This document shows, in pieces, positions 19,749 to 27,262 of a stretch of 57,570 nt of DNA (position 1 is the first letter of the stretch; every line of letters begins with the position of its first letter). The stretch lies in contig DAOWLE010000022.1 of the NCBI GenBank assembly GCA_030643545.1, forward strand, positions 1-57,570, given 5' to 3'. The stretch is from a bacterium (lineage in GTDB: Bacteria > Patescibacteriota > Minisyncoccia > JAHIHE01 > DAOWLE01). The translations under genes were made by a program, and so were the position numbers. The notes under the pieces were generated by a model, which did not search any database, was not told the origin of the DNA, and was given only the letters and a program-made list of their open reading frames with translations.

Positions 19749-19794
19749 AAAACAAATAATCTCCTTACCGATCGGTAAGGAGATTATTTGTTTT
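19749..19794. repeat. 46-bp perfect palindrome; second partial copy at 20840-20860
   Basis: AAAACAAATAATCTCCTTACCGATCGGTAAGGAGATTATTTGTTTT. Confidence 0.85.
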
Positions 19795-20053
19795 CGGACT
19801 TGACATTTTTTCGGACTTATGATAATCTATAAAAACAAAATACAAAAAATAATTAAATGAAATTCAATTATTCCCCTCTTGCTGTGTCCCGTTTTTTTCG
19901 GGAAGAGGGATTAGGAGTGGATTTGCTCTTTTAAAATTAAATGAAGAATCTCTATGATTATTTGTTTTTTTTGAAACGAATGATTACAAGGATTCTTCAT
20001 AAAAGGAGGTAAAAAGAATCTCAAAAAAGGAGAATAAAAAGAAGTGACAAAAA

Positions 20054-20287
20054 ATGGTAGAAGAAAGTTTAGTAGATTTAACAGAAGCGAAAATATTGCG
20101 CGATGAGCATAATTTCAGAAAAGCAATGGAAACCACAGACAAGATTGAAAAAGATTTGGAAAAGAAATGGGAATTAGGGGACATAGAAGAATTTCTATAT
20201 CTTCTGGAAATATTGAGAATAGAAAATTTTAGAATATCTGTTTTGTTTAAAATGTTAATTGAAAAGAAAGCAAAAAGAGGTGAATAA
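20054..20287 (+). CDS. Hypothetical helical protein (SD-class)
   Basis: 77-aa ORF; purine-rich leader with AGGAGG and AAGTGA; promoter TTGACA(19800)-N17-TAATCT. Confidence 0.6.
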   Translation: MVEESLVDLTEAKILRDEHNFRKAMETTDKIEKDLEKKWELGDIEEFLYLLEILRIENFRISVLFKMLIEKKAKRGE

Positions 20288-20291
20288 AACA

Positions 20292-20744
20292 ATGAAAGCA
20301 TTAGAAGAAAAAACGGGAAAGAAAGTAGAAAGCGAGGATTCTGAATTGGCTCGGATAGGGGTATCACTGCCATCTAATCTGTTGAATAAGTTTGAGAAGA
20401 TAATTAGAGGGCGAGGATATTCATCAAGGTCTGAAGGGATAAGAGATGCGATTAGAGCATATATAATAGAACATGAGTGGATGGAGCGCGAATCCGGAGA
20501 AAAGATAGGAGTTATAGCCTATACCTACGACCATAGTCAAAGAGAATTACGGAGGAAACTGGAGGAAACAGAGAATGATTTCAAAGATATTATAGAAACA
20601 TCCAGCAGAGCTTTAGTAGATGATAAAACTGATTTCGCGACAGTGACAGTAAAGGGCGATGCCAAACAGATAAAAGAATTAGCAGAAAGAATAATGAGTC
20701 AAAGAGGAGTAAAGTATTTGAAATTAACGATAACTCGCATCTGA
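20292..20744 (+). CDS. nikR: NikR-family regulator of methanogen-like type, Ni ligands lost
   Basis: RHH domain RIGVSLP..LL.KF..II..RGYSSRSEGIRDAIR; YDH; GVKYLKLT; SD GAGGTGA. Confidence 0.88.
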   Translation: MKALEEKTGKKVESEDSELARIGVSLPSNLLNKFEKIIRGRGYSSRSEGIRDAIRAYIIEHEWMERESGEKIGVIAYTYDHSQRELRRKLEETENDFKDIIETSSRALVDDKTDFATVTVKGDAKQIKELAERIMSQRGVKYLKLTITRI

Positions 20745-20874
20745 AAAGAACAAAAAACTAAAAACTTAAGGGGAATAAATTCATTTTGAATGTCCCCTCT
20801 TTTTTTTGCTTAAATTTTAAAACAAAAACTTCTCCTTTACTTACCGATCGGTAAGGAGATTTAGTAATTGAGAA

Positions 20875-20996
20875 TTGACCCCGCCCTAACTCCAAAGCAC
20901 AACTTTCATTTAAAAATAACCAAAAGGCGAAGCCGCCTTGCGGCTCTGTCATTCTATCATAAAAAATATTGTGAAAGAATTAGGGCGGGGTTGACA
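20875..20996. repeat. TTGA-flanked inverted-repeat element abutting a -35 box (copy B)
   Basis: TTGA-CCCCGCCCTAA...TTAGGGCGGGG-TTGACA; interior homologous to copy C. Confidence 0.8.
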
Positions 20997-21096
20997 AATA
21001 TTTAAATACTTGATAAAGTTTGATTGATGGTAAAAAAAAAGAAGCCATCCAATAGAAACAAAAAAAATAATATTAAAAAATAAGAGGGTATGAAAG

Positions 21097-21300
21097 ATGG
21101 ATATAAAACCAATAAGAAAAATTTTGAAAGAACAAAGGAGAAAAGCAATATATGAAGGAGAGCGGCAAGAACTTTTACAATATGGTATAAATATTTTCTG
21201 TGAGCCGGATGGAAGAATTCATGGCGAAGATAACGAAGAGGGTAAAACTTTTGAAGGAATTGATGCAGTATTAGAAGAAATAAAAGCAAGGAGTGGGTAA
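21097..21300 (+). CDS. Hypothetical protein (SD-class)
   Basis: GAGGGT before ATG; promoter TTGACA(20991)-N17-TAAAGT. Confidence 0.6.
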   Translation: MDIKPIRKILKEQRRKAIYEGERQELLQYGINIFCEPDGRIHGEDNEEGKTFEGIDAVLEEIKARSG

Positions 21301-21318
21301 AAAAAGAGATGATGTGAA

Positions 21319-21720
21319 ATGAAAAAAGAAAAAATAGTAGCAATCGGTATCGTTGAAAAAGGAGGAAAGATATTATTAATCCGTCGTGTAATTCAAGAAG
21401 GAGATCTTCAATGGTGTTTTCCTGGTGGAGAAATAGAAACGAAAGATGGCACAGAACAAGAAGCAATAATTAGGGAAGTCAAGGAAGAAACAAATATTAA
21501 TTGTTTGCCAGTTAGCAAATTAGGAGAAAGAATACATCCCGATACAGAAAAAACCTTAACCTATTGGAGATGCACTTACAAAGACGGCAAACACGCTATA
21601 CAAGATCCAAAAGAAATAGCTGATATTTTATGGGCTTCACCTTCAGAAGTATTTAAATTGATCACTACTGATATTTTCCCGCCCGTTAAACTCCTCTTGG
21701 AAGAAATCTTAGCGAAATAA
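21319..21720 (+). CDS. NUDIX hydrolase, MutT-like (SD-class)
   Basis: WCFPGGEIE...EAIIREVKEETN Nudix box; GATGATGTGAAATG RBS. Confidence 0.9.
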   Translation: MKKEKIVAIGIVEKGGKILLIRRVIQEGDLQWCFPGGEIETKDGTEQEAIIREVKEETNINCLPVSKLGERIHPDTEKTLTYWRCTYKDGKHAIQDPKEIADILWASPSEVFKLITTDIFPPVKLLLEEILAK

Positions 21721-21804
21721 ATCAAAACTCAAAATCATTTAAAACTAAAGGAGTTTAAGAAATCAACGATTTCTAATTATGCTCCTTCTTTTTTTATCTA
21801 AATT

Positions 21805-23493
21805 TCAACAAGTTTTATTTATCCTACAACTTGCCAATAAAAGCCCGGCAATAAGCCAAAAAGTTAGTTGTCCTTGCTGAATTGTCCAGAAATAATGGTC
21901 AAAAAAGCCAATAAATAAAAATCCTAAGAAAATTACTGAAATAAATCCAGTACATAAATTTATGTGCTGGGTAAAAATTGTTTCACGTGAAACAATTTGA
22001 TTTCTTCCCTTTAAATAAGCCATTTTTAGTATTTTAAAAATGAAAAAGATAAATAAAATCAATCCAATTATGCCAATTTCCGCGGCAATTAATAAATAAA
22101 AATTATGAACCGGCTGGTATTGCCAGGATTCTAAAGAAGACCCCTGTTTCTCCCCCTTGATAAGGAGGAGATTAAGAGGGGGTATTTTTTCCTTATTAAA
22201 GGGGAAAAAATTATCATAATTTAAAACAAAATTTCCCATTCCTACGCCCAAAAATGGGCTTTTTTTAATCATTTCAAAAGAAAAGGAATTAAATAAAAAA
22301 CGATCGCTGATTGCTTGATCATTTTTATTTAATTCAAATCGCGTGGAAATTTGTGGGGAAAGTATAATTGAAAAACAAGAAATAATAAGAATTATAATTA
22401 TCAAAGAAGTGAATTTTCGTTTAAATAAAGCAAAAATTGGAATTGTTTCATGTGAAACATTTTTATAATAAAGAAAAATAAAGCAAAAAAGAGAAAATAG
22501 GCCAGCCAACCACGCGGTTCTTGAAAAAGTAAGAATAAAAGCCAAAAATTGTATGCTAATTAAAGCAATTAAAAGCAAAAATTGCCAATTTTGTTTTAAA
22601 AATTGTTTAAATAAAGAAATCCCCCTAACCCCCTTTAAAAAGGGGGAAACAGAAGGCGACATTCCGGAATGTCGCCTTCGGAAAATTGTCATTCCCAATT
22701 TGATTGGAAATCCAGAATCTGAAGGCGATACGACGTCGTGTCGCCTTTTTATGTAAAAAAACAAAAAATAAAAACTAATAAATAAACTCATCAACAAAAA
22801 TCCGGCTAAAACATTTGGGTGTGGAAAAGTTCCATAAACGCGGATGATTTTTTCTCCATCAACGACAATTTTTGCCACTCCAGCTAAATCAGGGGATAAA
22901 ATCGGTTCTCCAAGCCATTTTAAACCTAAATTACTTTGTTTATAATATTGTGCGACACTAATTATTGCCTGTGTAAAACCTGTGGATAAGATGAGAATAA
23001 AGCAGAAATAAAGCTTTTTTAAGCTGTTAATAAGTTTTCCAGCAAGGATAAATAGTAAAACAAATTCAAATAATTTTAAAACTTGATAAGTCCCCACTAT
23101 ATTGTTTTTCGCTGAAAATATGCTTAAAACAGCGCAAATTAGGAAAAAGAATAGAATATAATAAATAATGTTTTGTTTTAGAGACATTTTTAAAGATTGT
23201 GCCGACAGAAAAATCCTCCTTAAAATTGTCATTCTCAACCTGCCTACCGGACAGACAGGTTTGATTGGGAATCCAGATTTTTTTACCTGTCTTAAAATCC
23301 AAAAAAATAAAGCTAAAATAAAAAAAATATCCGATAAATAAAGGAAAAAAGTTGTATAATGGACAAAAGCGCCGGTAAAATAAGAATCTTTTGACAAAAA
23401 TACCAATTTAGTTCCCAGTGGAATGGATAAAATAAAAAAATAGAAAAAAGTTAAGTCAAGATTATTTGAGATTTTTTTAAAAATTGATCGCAT
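21805..23493 (-). CDS. O-antigen ligase family membrane protein with several in-frame repeat inserts
   Basis: RVYGTFPHPNVLAGF, TFSRTAW, GVGMGNF, QPVHNFYLLIAAEIG, FFDHYFWT. Confidence 0.88.
   Translation of the reverse strand: MRSIFKKISNNLDLTFFYFFILSIPLGTKLVFLSKDSYFTGAFVHYTTFFLYLSDIFFILALFFWILRQVKKSGFPIKPVCPVGRLRMTILRRIFLSAQSLKMSLKQNIIYYILFFFLICAVLSIFSAKNNIVGTYQVLKLFEFVLLFILAGKLINSLKKLYFCFILILSTGFTQAIISVAQYYKQSNLGLKWLGEPILSPDLAGVAKIVVDGEKIIRVYGTFPHPNVLAGFLLMSLFISFYFLFFYIKRRHDVVSPSDSGFPIKLGMTIFRRRHSGMSPSVSPFLKGVRGISLFKQFLKQNWQFLLLIALISIQFLAFILTFSRTAWLAGLFSLFCFIFLYYKNVSHETIPIFALFKRKFTSLIIIILIISCFSIILSPQISTRFELNKNDQAISDRFLFNSFSFEMIKKSPFLGVGMGNFVLNYDNFFPFNKEKIPPLNLLLIKGEKQGSSLESWQYQPVHNFYLLIAAEIGIIGLILFIFFIFKILKMAYLKGRNQIVSRETIFTQHINLCTGFISVIFLGFLFIGFFDHYFWTIQQGQLTFWLIAGLLLASCRINKTC
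21979..21994. promoter_or_regulatory. parS centromere site, perfect consensus
   Basis: TGTTTCACGTGAAACA; parAB about 8 kb away, oriC about 14-15 kb away. Confidence 0.9.
22444..22459. promoter_or_regulatory. parS site with one mismatch
   Basis: TGTTTCATGTGAAACA. Confidence 0.85.
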
Positions 23494-23624
23494 ATTTTGA
23501 TAATTTTAATCTACACACTTTTATTATACTCAAAAAATCAGTTTTTTGCCAGAAAAAAAAGAACCAAGATGTATTTTACAACTTGGCTTTTAATTTGATT
23601 TATTTTTTTTCAAATCGATTTCTT

Positions 23625-24293
23625 TCAAATCGATCCGAATGCTCTATCTCCAGCATCGCCTAATCCAGGAACAATATAGCCATCACTATTCAATACGGGA
23701 TCAATTGAAACTGTGACGATAATAGTATCTGGATACGCTTTTCTAATTTTATCTATGCCAATTTTTGTTGAAATTATAGACAGAAGAATTATTTTTTTCG
23801 GTTTTTGCTTTCCTTCTGTTATATATTTCATAATTTCTAAAAGCGTACTTCCGGTCGCAAGCATTGGATCAGCGATTATTACTACGTCTTCGTCTGTAAT
23901 CTCTGGGAATTTGGCATAATTAATTTCAATATCAAAAGAATCGTTCTTCATTCCTTTTTCTTCTTTTCTTCTGGCGCTAATTACTCCTTGTTTTGCGTGC
24001 GGAAATGCTTTAAGAAGTCCTTCAACAAAAGGAGACGCTGCTCTTAAAACATTGATTATCACTATTTTCTCTTTATCAACAACAGCAACTCCCATACATT
24101 TACCTAATGGTGTTTCAATTTCTATTTCTTCTGTATTTAAAAGCTCCATCGATTCATATCCACCAATTCGCCCCATTTTGACAACGCTTTTTCTAAAACC
24201 AACCTGTTGAGTTTTTTTATCCCTTATCGTTGTTAATGCATCGCGCGCGACAACACTTCCAATAATCCATACCTTTTCTTCTACTTCTTTCAT
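23625..24293 (-). CDS. upp: Uracil phosphoribosyltransferase, euryarchaeal-type
   Basis: IETPLG, VIINVLRAASPFVEGLLKAFPHAKQGVISA, IADPMLATGST, YIVPGLGDAGDRAFG. Confidence 0.93.
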   Translation of the reverse strand: MKEVEEKVWIIGSVVARDALTTIRDKKTQQVGFRKSVVKMGRIGGYESMELLNTEEIEIETPLGKCMGVAVVDKEKIVIINVLRAASPFVEGLLKAFPHAKQGVISARRKEEKGMKNDSFDIEINYAKFPEITDEDVVIIADPMLATGSTLLEIMKYITEGKQKPKKIILLSIISTKIGIDKIRKAYPDTIIVTVSIDPVLNSDGYIVPGLGDAGDRAFGSI

Positions 24294-25291
24294 TCTCTAT
24301 CCTCCTTATAAAAATATCCAAATTCCCCGCCCTTTTTTAGATTCTCTTCGGCAGTTAGAAAACAACTCCAGTAACATCCAGGACAATCTGTTTCTTCTCT
24401 CTCTTTTTTCCAATCTTTTTTGAATTCTTCAAATCTTTCTTTGTTCATTTCAAGTATATTGTATTTCTTGGATACTTCTCCTCTAATATCATTGCAAAGC
24501 ATAAAAACTCCATCTGCGTCAATCCGCAATTGCGCGAGTTCACTGCATCTCCAGTTGCTGCGTATCCCGTATTTTGACATATTTACAAGGTAGGAATCAG
24601 GCATCGCTATTTTGCAACCTTCGTGTTTCATTTGCAATAATTTTATCACGACATTATTGATTTCCGGTCTATCTGCGTCTGTAAGTCTAAATTCGTCAGA
24701 AACATTCGCTCTAAATTCCCAATCATTTCCTTTTCCGCAAACAACAGGACATAAATTAACCCATATGCCATTGTCTGATAATGCTTTTACAATTTCAGGT
24801 ATGTCTTGCAGATTTTTCTTGGAAATAACTACGTTCGCGCCAAGAAGTTTTATTCCTCCTCGTTTAAACTCCATAAGTTTCTTAAACCCGGCTTGCGATT
24901 TTGCGCTCCCGTCTTCATCTAAAGCTTTTACATCGCCGACACTATCAACACTAGCAAAATATCCCTGAATTCCAGCGCTTATCAAACTTTCTGTTTTATC
25001 ATCGCCGAACATAGAATTAGACAAAACAGCGTATTTTATTGAAGTTTCCTTATTTATAAATCTGATTAAATCTTCAAAACCTTCTATAATAGTCGGTTCG
25101 CCGCCTAAAATTTTTACTGTTTTTATTCCTATTTTTTCTAAGTTCATAAACGCTTTTTCCCATTCATTGATACTCAATTCTTTTTTAAGCTGTTTTTTAA
25201 CAAGGTTACAGTACCCACAGTGTAAATTACATCCTCTCGTCAAAAAAATCTGGCATTCTGTAATTTTTTTTCCTATTTTTCCTTTTCCCAT
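24290..25291 (-). CDS. Radical SAM protein with C-terminal Cys-rich (SPASM/twitch-like) region
   Basis: CNLHCGYC, LGGEPT, C...IDADGVFMLCND...CPGCYWSC; SD GGGGTGA; ATGA overlap with upp. Confidence 0.88.
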   Translation of the reverse strand: MGKGKIGKKITECQIFLTRGCNLHCGYCNLVKKQLKKELSINEWEKAFMNLEKIGIKTVKILGGEPTIIEGFEDLIRFINKETSIKYAVLSNSMFGDDKTESLISAGIQGYFASVDSVGDVKALDEDGSAKSQAGFKKLMEFKRGGIKLLGANVVISKKNLQDIPEIVKALSDNGIWVNLCPVVCGKGNDWEFRANVSDEFRLTDADRPEINNVVIKLLQMKHEGCKIAMPDSYLVNMSKYGIRSNWRCSELAQLRIDADGVFMLCNDIRGEVSKKYNILEMNKERFEEFKKDWKKEREETDCPGCYWSCFLTAEENLKKGGEFGYFYKEDRE

Positions 25292-25452
25292 TTTTTCTCA
25301 CCCCTTTTTTCCTAAATTGTTTAATGTGCCGTCTTTGAAAATAACGTATCTTTAAAATCAACCTACCATAAATTAAAAATTCTGTCAAAAAAAGAAGCCA
25401 TCCGAAAATGACTTTTTACTTTATTTGTTTTGAAAAAAAAATAAAATCCCTT

Positions 25453-25902
25453 TTATTTTTTCTTTATAACATCAAACTCCTTCATTATCTCTTTTCTTTT
25501 TGCGACTTTTTTTTCTAGACTGTTATTTGACAAATTTATCTTTCCTTGCAACCACTGTAACTGAGGCAAATGTTTTTCTAATGCAATTGACAAAGCCGCT
25601 ATTGCCGTTGCTTTTCTGTTTTTATCTGACTTATTTAACTTTATTTCCCCCTCTTTTTCTCGCCTTTCAAATTCATTCCCTATATCAATGGCTACTCTTT
25701 TAATATTGTCTTTTGGATCAAATCTTTCCAAGATACCAGAAATATTGTTTCTCATTATTATTTCATCTACCAGTTCTTCCATTGTTTTCGCGTTTCTTTT
25801 TGCCACTTTCCCTGTTTCTTCTTGTTGTGAATATCTTAATAACTCCTTACATTTCATCTTTGCAATATTGGATATCTCAATTAACTTTTTTTCTTCTCCC
25901 AT
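25453..25902 (-). CDS. Hypothetical protein, possible single cyclin-fold (TFB-core-like) repeat
   Basis: IKRVAIDI...KATAIAALSIA resembles TFB cyclin helices; own promoter TTGACA(25979-25974)-N17-TAATCT and SD GGGGGT. Confidence 0.55.
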   Translation of the reverse strand: MGEEKKLIEISNIAKMKCKELLRYSQQEETGKVAKRNAKTMEELVDEIIMRNNISGILERFDPKDNIKRVAIDIGNEFERREKEGEIKLNKSDKNRKATAIAALSIALEKHLPQLQWLQGKINLSNNSLEKKVAKRKEIMKEFDVIKKK

Positions 25903-26003
25903 TTTTTTTAATTCTACCCCCCCTAATTATTAGCGTTCATCTTTAAAGTTAGATTACCGCAAAATAAAAAAAATGTCAACTTTGTTTTGTATTTTTTTAA
26001 AAA

Positions 26004-26124
26004 TTGACCCCGTTCCAATCCTAAAGCATAACTTTCGTTTAAGATAAACAAAAGGCGAAGCCGCCTTACGGCTCTATAATTCTATTACAATAAATCTTGC
26101 GATAGAATTGGAATGGGGTTGACA
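26004..26124. repeat. TTGA-flanked inverted-repeat element abutting a -35 box (copy C)
   Basis: TTGA-CCCCGTTCCAAT...ATTGGAATGGGG-TTGACA. Confidence 0.8.
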
Positions 26125-26235
26125 AAATCCGCTTGCCTTGTTATAAATACAATACCTGACAATAATTTATGATGGGTGATGATTTCAGCACCTTGAAAAT
26201 TAGAAGGAGGAATAAAAAAGGGAGGTAAATAAAAA
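26119..26235 (+). promoter_or_regulatory. Promoter and leader shared with the TFB gene
   Basis: TTGACA-N17-TATAAA with extended -10 TG; GCACCTTGAAAA; double SD AGAAGGAGG / GGGAGGT. Confidence 0.8.
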
Positions 26236-26976
26236 ATGGATATTGTAGATGCATTAAGATTTGTTAAAAGAATTAGCGTAGGTCGATCTTGGATAGAAGA
26301 AAACAGAGGTAAATTATATCTTTTAGGGATAGACCCAAAAAATGTTCTTGCTTATAATATTAAAATAGACAGTGAATGTATTGAAAAAGAAACAAGCAAG
26401 AAAATTCATGGAAAATTAAATTTTTCTGGAGCAAATGTTTTTTGGGACAAGACGATTCCAAGAGAAAAAGCGTCATCAGTGATAATCAGACCGAAAGAAA
26501 TTATTATTATATGGAATAATAACGGATTGAAAGCAGAAAAAACAATTTATATAATGCCAGATAAACAACCCGGGATAAATAAAAAAAATATAGGGAAAAT
26601 AAAAAGGATGCTGCCTAAACCAGTAAAAACAACCATTGATATAAAGAAACTTAAAAAGATACTAAGATTTATAAATCAAAACTGGAAAGTAAGAATAGAA
26701 GGAAAAGAAAATATCTGCAACATTGTTTTCCAAGAAGTTTTCTCGCGCTGGGATTATATAGAAAATGACCGCATAGAAATAGAAAAAGATACGATAAAAC
26801 TAATATGTCAAACTGGCGATATAAACGGAAAAATTAGTATAAAATATACATATCTACAAAAAATAGCGCCGCTGTTATCGGATCCTTTGCGTTTAGCGAT
26901 AAAAACAGAGATGCCACTATACATAGCGACAAAAACAGGAGCAGAATTTTTAATAGCACCTCTTTATAACTTTTAA
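26236..26976 (+). CDS. Divergent archaeal-type DNA sliding clamp (PCNA-like)
   Basis: 246 aa (PCNA length); GIDPKNVLAY compares with AVDPANVAMV; C-terminal YL..I...L.L....EMPL.I.....AEFLIAP. Confidence 0.65.
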   Translation: MDIVDALRFVKRISVGRSWIEENRGKLYLLGIDPKNVLAYNIKIDSECIEKETSKKIHGKLNFSGANVFWDKTIPREKASSVIIRPKEIIIIWNNNGLKAEKTIYIMPDKQPGINKKNIGKIKRMLPKPVKTTIDIKKLKKILRFINQNWKVRIEGKENICNIVFQEVFSRWDYIENDRIEIEKDTIKLICQTGDINGKISIKYTYLQKIAPLLSDPLRLAIKTEMPLYIATKTGAEFLIAPLYNF

Positions 26977-27006
26977 GGACTATATTTAAATAGTCCTCTT
27001 TTTTTA
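26977..27006 (+). terminator. Intrinsic terminator after the PCNA-like gene
   Basis: GGACTAT-ATTTAA-ATAGTCC-TCTTTTTTT. Confidence 0.75.
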
Positions 27007-27031
27007 TTCAAATTAAAACAAAAATAAAAGA

Positions 27032-27145
27032 TTGACCCCGTTCCTAATTTCATAAGACGGTATAATACAAAAAAAGGGCCCAGAGCAACTTCGAATAGTT
27101 GGATTGTAACAGACGGTATTGCGAAATTAGGAAACGGGATTGACA
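27032..27145. repeat. TTGA-flanked inverted-repeat element abutting a -35 box (copy D)
   Basis: TTGA-CCCCGTTCCTAATTTC...GAAATTAGGAAACGGGA-TTGACA. Confidence 0.8.
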
Positions 27146-27262
27146 AAATCTGCCTGTCTTGCTATAAATACAATATCTGACAATAATTTAATGATAGGTG
27201 ATTGTAATTTAGCACCTTGAAAATTAGAAGGAGGGAAAACAAAAAAGGGAGGTAAAAAAATA
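27140..27262 (+). promoter_or_regulatory. Promoter and leader, paralog of 26119-26235
   Basis: TTGACA-N17-TATAAA; TGACAATAATTTA; AGCACCTTGAAAATTAGAAGGAGG; GGGAGGTAAA. Confidence 0.8.

Noticed and set aside
21034-25403. Shared AAAAAAAGAAGCCATCC at about 21034 and 25387
   Set aside because: Mostly poly-A and in different functional contexts; likely chance or unrelated hairpin arms.
26141-27170. TATAAATA upstream of the PCNA-like and tfb genes read as archaeal TATA boxes
   Set aside because: Both sit exactly 17 nt after TTGACA with an extended -10 TG and lack a purine-rich BRE. A bacterial sigma70 promoter explains them fully, though dual use is not excluded.
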